Source: Christensenellaceae bacterium
Lineage (GTDB): Bacteria; Bacillota; Clostridia; Christensenellales; Borkfalkiaceae
Assembly: GCA_045659885.1 (NCBI GenBank)
Contig: JAZRCS010000062.1
Location: 1 to 48,250, forward strand
DNA: 48,250 nt
Reading direction: 5' to 3'
Shown here: positions 41,353-48,250 of the stretch, piece after piece
How positions within the stretch are numbered: position 1 is the first letter of the stretch
How the letters are laid out: each line of letters begins with the position of its first letter
The notes under the pieces: model-generated
Database searches by the model: none
Told to the model about the DNA's origin: nothing
What the model saw: the letters and a program-made list of their open reading frames with translations, nothing else
Translations under genes and position numbers: made by a program

Positions 41353-42075
41353 TTATTCGGCGTAAACTAAAACGTGACATCTTTCGTTTTCACACTCTTT
41401 AATCTCGCCCGTTAATAAATTATTTACCGTTGAAATTGCAAATACCGTTCTACATAAAGGACAGTAATGCATTTTATCGTTTTTCTCAACTTTAAGTAAT
41501 ATAGGGAATTTTTTATCTTTTCGTCTATTATCGTATTTTTTCATTATATCAGCAGAAATGCTTGCCCTTATTTTATCAAGATTTTGCTTTAATTTTTCAA
41601 TATCGTCTTTCTTTTCTTCTTTTAATTTTTCATATAAAGGCTTGTTTTCTTCGTACTGTTCTTTCATTTGCTTTCTTTTATTGTACAAGATAACGAATTC
41701 TTTATTAAGTTCTTCCATTTCTTTTTTGCATTTAGAAAGTTCACTTTCAAGCGATGCAATTTGACTGTAAGTTTCGTCAAATTTCTTTTTTAACGCTAAT
41801 AATTCGTCTTCACTTGACGACTTTTCTGCCGTTTTATTATACGACTCAATTTGTTTTTTATAATTTTCAACGTTTTCTAAGATTGAATTGTATTTGTTTA
41901 AAAGTTTTTCGGCTTTTTCGTTAATTTGTTCTAACGAATCGTTTACCGTCTTTAAAAACTTTACTGCAGATAAATACTTTACTGCAACTTCACTTTTAGA
42001 CATTTCACTTTCAATTGCAATTAATTGTTTATCAATTTCTTGATATTCTAAAAGAAATTTAACATTGTCGTTCAT
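41353..42075 (-). CDS. Coiled-coil C4 zinc-ribbon protein (COG1579/DUF164-like)
   Basis: 240 aa. Long Lys/Glu coiled coil, then CPLC...C....C. It is the usual neighbour of Nif3-family genes. AAGGAG SD. Confidence 0.7.
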   Translation of the reverse strand: MNDNVKFLLEYQEIDKQLIAIESEMSKSEVAVKYLSAVKFLKTVNDSLEQINEKAEKLLNKYNSILENVENYKKQIESYNKTAEKSSSEDELLALKKKFDETYSQIASLESELSKCKKEMEELNKEFVILYNKRKQMKEQYEENKPLYEKLKEEKKDDIEKLKQNLDKIRASISADIMKKYDNRRKDKKFPILLKVEKNDKMHYCPLCRTVFAISTVNNLLTGEIKECENERCHVLVYAE

Positions 42076-42090
42076 AAAAATTCTCCTTAT

Positions 42091-42858
42091 TTAAAGCAAA
42101 TGCTTGTCATTATTTAAATAAACTTGCACTTGCGATTGTTTTTTAATTTGATTATAAAATTTACTAAAACCTAAAAATTCGCTTGCATAATGAGTTATGC
42201 TTATTACTTTTATACCTAAATTATCACACGCAACTAAAATATTGTGCTTTATATCTGCCGATATTACAAGGTCGACGTCTTTTATTATTTTTAATTCGTT
42301 TTCACCTAATCCCGAGCCACAAAACGACGCAACGATATAATCTTTTTTCTCGTCTTTACCATAACATAAAACTCTTTGAGTTTTAAATTCTTGTTTAATA
42401 TTATCTACTATCTCACTAAGACAAGTATTTTTTAAAGTGAAAATTCTTCCGTATCCACCCTCTTTAATAGGATAAATTATCTTAAAATCTTTTGCACCGA
42501 TAGTTTTTGCAAAATAATAATCTATTCCTTCTTTTGCGCTATCTAAATTTAAGTGCATTGATATTATGCCTATTTTATTACTTACGGAGTATAAAAGAGC
42601 GTTAGAAAAATCACTAATTTCACTTATAGGTTTATATATTGCAGGATGGTGTGTTATTATTAAATTCGCACCCTTTTCAATTGCTAAGTCAACTGCGCTT
42701 TTAGTTAAATCAAGTGTAAAAACTGCACCGTTTATATCTTCCGTCGTATTTACGATTATTCCACTATTATCGTACGCGCCGTAGTCTTTGCAAAATATAT
42801 TTGAATATTCAAGTGGAGCGTAATTTTCAAGCAATTTTAAAAATTCATTAATTTTCAT
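42091..42858 (-). CDS. Nif3-like dinuclear metal centre protein
   Basis: 255 aa. ITHHP motif and C-terminal HYASE. Position is after trmK, as in Bacillus yqfN-yqfO. Confidence 0.85.
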   Translation of the reverse strand: MKINEFLKLLENYAPLEYSNIFCKDYGAYDNSGIIVNTTEDINGAVFTLDLTKSAVDLAIEKGANLIITHHPAIYKPISEISDFSNALLYSVSNKIGIISMHLNLDSAKEGIDYYFAKTIGAKDFKIIYPIKEGGYGRIFTLKNTCLSEIVDNIKQEFKTQRVLCYGKDEKKDYIVASFCGSGLGENELKIIKDVDLVISADIKHNILVACDNLGIKVISITHYASEFLGFSKFYNQIKKQSQVQVYLNNDKHLL

Positions 42859-43480
42859 TTAAAACCCCTTCGATTTGCAGTAATTTTTCCTTCAAATCGT
42901 CGTCTTTTGCACCGTTATTTATTGCGTCTTGATAACGTTTTTTATAAAATTTTAACTTTTCAATAAAGTCACTCGATTTAAAAATTAAATTATCTCTGCC
43001 AAATATATATTCTAATTCGGTGTAACTGTCTTCGCCCTTTTCACACGATATTAAATCGTAAAATTTGCCGTCGTAAATAGTATAGTCTTTTAAAATTTTA
43101 TACCCTATTTTATGTAAAAATCTACGCACTTTATCGACGTTTTTCATAGGGTTTAATATTAGTTTATTAGGCAAACGTTTTGCAAAAGATAATATTTTTA
43201 TAATTTCTTCGCCACCCATACCTGCTATTATTGCTTGGTCGGGGCTATATTCGTAACCTTTAAAACCGTCGCTAACTACACTAATTACCCTATCGCCGTA
43301 ATCTTTTAACAAAATTTCGGCTTTTTTTAGACTTTTTTTAGATACGTCGGAAATTATTACTTTTTCGGCTTTATTACCGTCTAATACCATTTGACTTATA
43401 TAACCGTGGTCGCAACCTACGTCGGCAAAAAGCGTGCAGTTTGATATTAAACTAAATAATTCGTTAAGTCGTTTAGTCAT
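42848..43480 (-). CDS. trmK: tRNA (adenine22-N1)-methyltransferase
   Basis: 210 aa. DVGCDHGYIS and AGMGGE motifs. Located downstream of sigA. Confidence 0.85.
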   Translation of the reverse strand: MTKRLNELFSLISNCTLFADVGCDHGYISQMVLDGNKAEKVIISDVSKKSLKKAEILLKDYGDRVISVVSDGFKGYEYSPDQAIIAGMGGEEIIKILSFAKRLPNKLILNPMKNVDKVRRFLHKIGYKILKDYTIYDGKFYDLISCEKGEDSYTELEYIFGRDNLIFKSSDFIEKLKFYKKRYQDAINNGAKDDDLKEKLLQIEGVLNEN

Positions 43481-43484
43481 AATA

Positions 43485-44543
43485 TCAAGTTGACTCTAAA
43501 TATTCTTTAAGACGTTTAGACCTTGAAGGGTGTCTTAACTTTCTTAACGCTTTTGCCTCGATTTGACGAATTCTTTCACGGGTTACGTTAAATTCACGGC
43601 CAACTTCTTCTAAAGTTCTTGGTCTTGAATCGTCAATACCGTAACGAAGCCTTATAACCTTTTCTTCCCTTGGAGTTAAAGTGTCTAAAACCGTTAAAAG
43701 TTGTTTTTTCAATTTTTCTTGAGCAACTGCGTCGTCTGGCGATTTACCAACTTCGTCTTTAATAAAATCACCAAGTTTACTATCGTCTTCTTCACCGATA
43801 GGAGTTTCTAACGATACGGGGTCAAGTGCAATTTTTTGAATTTCACGAACTTTTGCTACGTCAATACCCATTTCTTTTGAAATTTCTTCTACTGTTGGCT
43901 CACGACCTAAATCTTGCATACATTGACGTGAAATACGTTTATATTTGTTAATCGTTTCAACCATATGAACGGGTATTCTTATCGTTCTTGCTTGGTCTGC
44001 TATTGCCCTTGTTATTGCTTGACGAATCCACCAAGTTGCGTACGTTGAAAACTTATAACCTTTAGTATAGTCGAATTTATCAACGGCTTTCATAAGACCT
44101 AAATTACCTTCTTGAATTAAGTCTAAAAGGTGCATACCCCTACCAACGTGTCTTTTTGCTATTGATACTACAAGTCTTAAGTTTGCCTCGCTTAAACGCC
44201 TTTTAGCCTTTTCGTCGCCGTCCATCATTCTTTTAGCAAGTTCAACTTCTTCTTCCGACGATAAAAGAGCAATTCTACCTATATCTTTAAGATATATTTT
44301 TACAGGGTCGTCGATTGCTACCGAATCAATTTCATCGTAAATATCTTTCGTTTCGGTGTAAGAGTCTACTACTTTAATACCTGCGCTTTCAATATCTTTA
44401 AACAATTTTTCATATTGCTCTGGCGTTAAATCGTATTTTTCGATTTTATCGTTTAATTCGTCGCTTGTTATAGAACCTTTTTTTCCGTTGCTTTCTACTA
44501 TTGCATTAATTAAATCGTTTAATAATTGTTCTGAAACACTCAT
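43485..44543 (-). CDS. sigA: RNA polymerase primary sigma factor
   Basis: 352 aa. [27 protein letters not shown] (regions 2.3-2.4) and [30 protein letters not shown] (region 4.2). GGAGGA SD. Confidence 0.96.
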   Translation of the reverse strand: MSVSEQLLNDLINAIVESNGKKGSITSDELNDKIEKYDLTPEQYEKLFKDIESAGIKVVDSYTETKDIYDEIDSVAIDDPVKIYLKDIGRIALLSSEEEVELAKRMMDGDEKAKRRLSEANLRLVVSIAKRHVGRGMHLLDLIQEGNLGLMKAVDKFDYTKGYKFSTYATWWIRQAITRAIADQARTIRIPVHMVETINKYKRISRQCMQDLGREPTVEEISKEMGIDVAKVREIQKIALDPVSLETPIGEEDDSKLGDFIKDEVGKSPDDAVAQEKLKKQLLTVLDTLTPREEKVIRLRYGIDDSRPRTLEEVGREFNVTRERIRQIEAKALRKLRHPSRSKRLKEYLEST

Positions 44544-44555
44544 ACTTATCCTCCG

Positions 44556-46331
44556 TTAAAGACTAATTAGTTTTTTAGTTAATTTGTCTATCATATTGCC
44601 TATTTCACTTTTTTTGGTTAAATCAATTTCTTTTTGATATTCATTGTTTAACTTTTTAATTTCGTTTGTAATGTTGTGTTTTTTTAGAGCCGTTACACAC
44701 CCTAAATAATATTTTTCTTCAATAGGTTTATCAAAAACCGTATCACCACTTGACAGTATAGCAGATAATTCTTCTGCCCCGTCTTCGCCCACTAACGAAA
44801 ATAAATTTTCAATTTTAAAATTTTCGTTAAAAATAATGTGGTTGTATATCTTTTCCCTTACGGCGTTGTTAAAATATATATCGTCGTCGTATACGGCGTA
44901 CGGCTTTTTATAAACAAACGCCGAAAGCACTAACCTTTCCGTTTTGCTTATAGCACTATTGTCACTATACTGTGGATTAATTTCAACTTCAATAGAAGTC
45001 GTCGTACTTACGGTTACCGTTCCTTTATCTAAATCTTGTTTTAAAGATTGATAACTTATATCGGTCAAATCACGTAATTTTTTAAGCAATTCTTCTTGCA
45101 TAAAAGTATCTTTAACCGTTCGTATTAAATCTAACGCTTGAGATATAAATTTACGCTTATCCGATACGTCTTTTAAATTTTTACCTTCTTTTAAAATATG
45201 TAATTTATAGTCGATTAAAGGCATTGCTTGTTCTACTAACTCTAAATAATAATCTACGCCCTTTTCCTTAACGACTTCGTCGGGATCCATTTTGTTAGGT
45301 AATTTTAAAACTTTAATTTCAAAACCTTCGTCGGCAAAAATATCTAAACTTCTTACCGTTGCAGATTGCCCTGCTAAATCGCCGTCGTAACTTACGACTA
45401 CTTTATTTACGTATCTTTTTAAAAGCCTTGCTTGTTCAACGGTTAATTGCGTACCCATTGATGCAACTACGTTTTTAATGCCTGCTTGCCATAGGGCAAT
45501 AACGTCCATATAACCTTCAACCATAATTACGTAATCGACCTTTTCTTCCTTAACAAGTTTATGCAATTTATTAACGTTGAATATTACACGCCTTTTATTA
45601 AAAATTTGGGTATCCGAAGTGTTTTTGTATTTTGCAAACGACGGATTTTTTTCAATAACTCTACCACCGAACGCTACGACTTTATTACTGTTGTTAATAA
45701 TAGGAACTATTAAGCGTTGGTATTGAAAATCGATAACTTGTCCTTTTTTAGAGCGTTGACACACGCCAGCGTCAATCATTTCCTTTTCAGTAAAACCTAA
45801 AGATTTTAAATGATTTGGTAAAGAATTATAATCAAGCGATGCGCCCATACCGAAACTCGTTATAGTTTTTGCGTCAAACCCCCTACTAAAAAGATATTGC
45901 GTGTACGGTTTGCCTTGCTCCGTCCTTAAATTTTTAACGTAAAAATGCGCTGTTTCTTTTAATACGGCGTGCAACCTTTCCCTTTCGTTTTTCTTTTTTA
46001 ATGCTTCTTTTTCGTCGTAATCGTCGCCTACGGGAACGGGAATTTTATACATTTCGGCAAGACGGGTAACGGCCTCGTAAAAGGTTAAATTTTCAATTTC
46101 TTGAATAAATTTAATTGCGTCGCCCGATTTATGACAGCCAAAACAATGGTAAAATTGCCCCGGTTCGTTAACACAAAAAGACGGCGTTTTTTCAATATGT
46201 CCTGGAAGTGGACAACACGCCCAGTAATTTTGTGGACCGTTACGTTTTAACGAGCAATATCTACCTATAACGTCAACTATATTAATTTTTGATTTTAATT
46301 CACTAATAAAATTAGCATCAATACTTGACAT
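44556..46331 (-). CDS. dnaG: DNA primase
   Basis: 591 aa. Zinc ribbon CPLPGHIEKTPSF...HCFGC, Toprim VEGYMDV and DGDLAG. Confidence 0.95.
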   Translation of the reverse strand: MSSIDANFISELKSKINIVDVIGRYCSLKRNGPQNYWACCPLPGHIEKTPSFCVNEPGQFYHCFGCHKSGDAIKFIQEIENLTFYEAVTRLAEMYKIPVPVGDDYDEKEALKKKNERERLHAVLKETAHFYVKNLRTEQGKPYTQYLFSRGFDAKTITSFGMGASLDYNSLPNHLKSLGFTEKEMIDAGVCQRSKKGQVIDFQYQRLIVPIINNSNKVVAFGGRVIEKNPSFAKYKNTSDTQIFNKRRVIFNVNKLHKLVKEEKVDYVIMVEGYMDVIALWQAGIKNVVASMGTQLTVEQARLLKRYVNKVVVSYDGDLAGQSATVRSLDIFADEGFEIKVLKLPNKMDPDEVVKEKGVDYYLELVEQAMPLIDYKLHILKEGKNLKDVSDKRKFISQALDLIRTVKDTFMQEELLKKLRDLTDISYQSLKQDLDKGTVTVSTTTSIEVEINPQYSDNSAISKTERLVLSAFVYKKPYAVYDDDIYFNNAVREKIYNHIIFNENFKIENLFSLVGEDGAEELSAILSSGDTVFDKPIEEKYYLGCVTALKKHNITNEIKKLNNEYQKEIDLTKKSEIGNMIDKLTKKLISL

Positions 46332-46343
46332 ATAATTTCCCTA

Positions 46344-47339
46344 CTAAAAATTTTCTGGAATAAAAATTTGTTTAAAAACTTTAGTTGCGTATCTATCCGT
46401 CATACCCGAAATATAATCGCACACTACCGTTTCTTCACTATAATCGTTTAATAATTTTTTATAAATTGAAGGCAATTTGCTTGGGTCTTTAATAAAATAA
46501 TCAAATAACGCCGAAAGCATTTTAAAGGCTTTTTCTTCTTCTACCATTGCTTTTTCAGTTAGGTAAACGGTATCAAACATAAACTTGCGAAGGTTAGTTA
46601 TCGCAACGTTTACGTCGCTTGTTAAAGAAATTTTATCCTTTTGATAACTTGCCTCGTACACCGAACTAATTAAAGTATTAATTCTGTCTTTAGTGCTGTT
46701 ACCAAGCACTTCTTTTACAGTTTTAGGAATATCGTTTTCAGTTATAATTCCTGCCCTTAAGGCATCTTCAACGTCGTGATTTAAATAGGCAATTCTATCG
46801 GCTAAAGATACGACTTGCCCTTCAAGCGTAATAGGACTACCACTCATTTTATGATTTAATATACCGTCCCTAACTTCAAGCGTTAAGTTTAAACCTTTTA
46901 AGTCGTTTTCAATAACGTCAACTACCCTTAAAGACTGCTTATTATGTTTAAAACCGTTTTTTGCTAATTTATCAAGCACCCTTTCGCCTGCGTGCCCAAA
47001 CGGAGTATGTCCTAAATCGTGCCCTAAACTTATTGCTTCTGCTAAGTCTTCGTTAAGGTCTAAACACCTTGCTATTGAACGGGCAACTTGCGAAACGCCT
47101 AAGGTATGAGTTAATCTCGTCATATAATGGTCGCCTTCGGGCGAGAAAAATACTTGAGTTTTGTTTTTTAACCTAACGAAAGATTTAGAATACATTATTC
47201 TATCTCTATCACGTTGAAATTCCGTTCGCATAGCGCAAGGTTCTTCGTAGCGAAGTCTACCTTTAGTGTCTTTCGACTTGGTCGCGTACGGAGATAAAAA
47301 TTTATCTTCTTTTATAAACAAATTCTCTTTAATCGACAT
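46344..47339 (-). CDS. dGTPase-like HD-domain triphosphohydrolase
   Basis: 331 aa. RLTHTLGV...GHDLGHTPFGHAGE HD motif and a C-terminal YISGMTD. Confidence 0.88.
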   Translation of the reverse strand: MSIKENLFIKEDKFLSPYATKSKDTKGRLRYEEPCAMRTEFQRDRDRIMYSKSFVRLKNKTQVFFSPEGDHYMTRLTHTLGVSQVARSIARCLDLNEDLAEAISLGHDLGHTPFGHAGERVLDKLAKNGFKHNKQSLRVVDVIENDLKGLNLTLEVRDGILNHKMSGSPITLEGQVVSLADRIAYLNHDVEDALRAGIITENDIPKTVKEVLGNSTKDRINTLISSVYEASYQKDKISLTSDVNVAITNLRKFMFDTVYLTEKAMVEEEKAFKMLSALFDYFIKDPSKLPSIYKKLLNDYSEETVVCDYISGMTDRYATKVFKQIFIPENF

Positions 47340-47433
47340 TTATTGCCCCTTTATACCTTTCAACTAAATATACTAATTTTTTTTGCAAAAACCTTTATTT
47401 TTTTGTAATTTTTTAAAATTTTTTATAAAAAAT

Positions 47434-48141
47434 TTAAATTTTGCCTACGCCTATCTTGTAGGTTTTGCCGTTTATCACGTTATAATCCTTTTGAGCAAGG
47501 TTATAAATCCTTTTTGCAACGTCGTTTGGAGTGTATATTTTACAAAGTTTACACTCTTTTACAAAATCTAACTTGTCCTTGCTTGACAGATGCTCGTTCA
47601 TTTGAGTATCAATAAGCCCTAAAACTACTTGACATACGCCTATTTTAGAAAAACAAAGTTCTTGACTAACGGCTTTTGTAAATCCACTAACGGCGCACTT
47701 TGACGCTGTGTAAATTACTTCACAACTGCCACCTTTTAAGGCAAAAATAGACGACACGTTTATTATTTTACCTATTTTATTTAACATGCGATTAACATAC
47801 TCTTTAGTAGTGTTGTAAACGCCTTTAACGTTGACGTTAAAAATTTTATCAAACTCTTCTTCAGTCGTGTCTATTAAAAGTTTTTGATATAAACTTATTC
47901 CGGCATTGTTTATAAGTAGGTCTATTTTGCCGTATTTTTCAAAAAGGTCTTTAAACATTTTTTGTACGCCAAAAGAATTCGATACGTCTTGTTTATAAAT
48001 ATCAAATCCTTCTTTTTGCATTGCAAAAGCAATTTCGTCACTACTATCGTAATTAACTATTACGATATGCCCTTTTTTCTTAAATCGTTGACATAACGCG
48101 TAACCTACGCCACGCGTTCCACCCGTAACTAATACTACCAT
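47434..48141 (-). CDS. SDR-family oxidoreductase (FabG-like)
   Basis: 235 aa. VTGGTRGVG (TGxxxGxG), NNAG, and the YTASK catalytic Tyr/Lys. Confidence 0.85.
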   Translation of the reverse strand: MVVLVTGGTRGVGYALCQRFKKKGHIVIVNYDSSDEIAFAMQKEGFDIYKQDVSNSFGVQKMFKDLFEKYGKIDLLINNAGISLYQKLLIDTTEEEFDKIFNVNVKGVYNTTKEYVNRMLNKIGKIINVSSIFALKGGSCEVIYTASKCAVSGFTKAVSQELCFSKIGVCQVVLGLIDTQMNEHLSSKDKLDFVKECKLCKIYTPNDVAKRIYNLAQKDYNVINGKTYKIGVGKI

Positions 48142-48145
48142 AATT

Positions 48146-48176
48146 TAAAAAAGCCCAACTAAAGTCGTTGGGCTAA
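48146..48176 (-). terminator. Intrinsic terminator of efp
   Basis: AGCCCAAC (48152-48159) / GTTGGGCT (48167-48174). T6 follows on minus. Confidence 0.72.
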
Positions 48177-48181
48177 AATTT

Positions 48182-48250
48182 TTACTTTTTAACTCTTTCC
48201 ATATATTCGCCTGAACGAGTGTCAACACGAATAACGTCGCCTTCGTTTAC
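48182..48250 (-). CDS. efp: Elongation factor P, C-terminal 22 codons (gene starts beyond the window end)
   Basis: My translation VNEGDVIRVDTRSGEYMERVKK* matches the conserved EF-P C-terminus (…KVDTRSGEY..R.K). Confidence 0.8.
   Translation of the reverse strand, partial: VNEGDVIRVDTRSGEYMERVKK

Overview
This 48.25-kb window looks like a chromosomal segment of a low-GC, endospore-forming Firmicute, probably Clostridia-like. The sporulation call rests on yabP-yabQ-divIC, spmA-spmB and Bacillus-type synteny (metG-tatD-rsmA and dnaG-sigA-trmK-nif3).

I count about 43 protein genes, most on the minus strand and almost all core housekeeping:
- a nucleoside-salvage operon (S51 peptidase-pdp-deoC-deoD-deoB) and gdhA
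- cysK fused by a TAATG overlap to a CDF metal exporter
- topoisomerase IV (parE-parC) and DNA gyrase (gyrB-gyrA)
- leuS, proS (with a T-box leader) and metG
- an ArsR/P1B-2 metal-efflux pair divergent from a second P-type ATPase
- division and sporulation genes, the dgt-dnaG-sigA cluster, and a partial efp

I saw no rRNA, tRNA, CRISPR array, transposase, integrase, phage gene or recognisable defence or toxin gene. I do not find a convincing novel multi-gene system here.

The least-explained loci are:
1. An orphan acidic-repeat ORF abutting the parC stop (TAGATG). Its only canonical start is a GTG well inside a coding-like frame, and the ATG fused to parC is one frame off.
2. A Cys-rich 213-aa orphan downstream of rsmA.
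3. A 179-nt two-frame overlap of yabQ and divIC.
4. Long perfect palindromes at the promoters of gyrB and of the non-canonical P-type ATPase.
5. Terminator-like hairpins sitting directly on the start regions of yabP and an SDR gene.

All coordinates and motifs were read by eye from the sequence. All homology statements come from motif recognition, not database searches.
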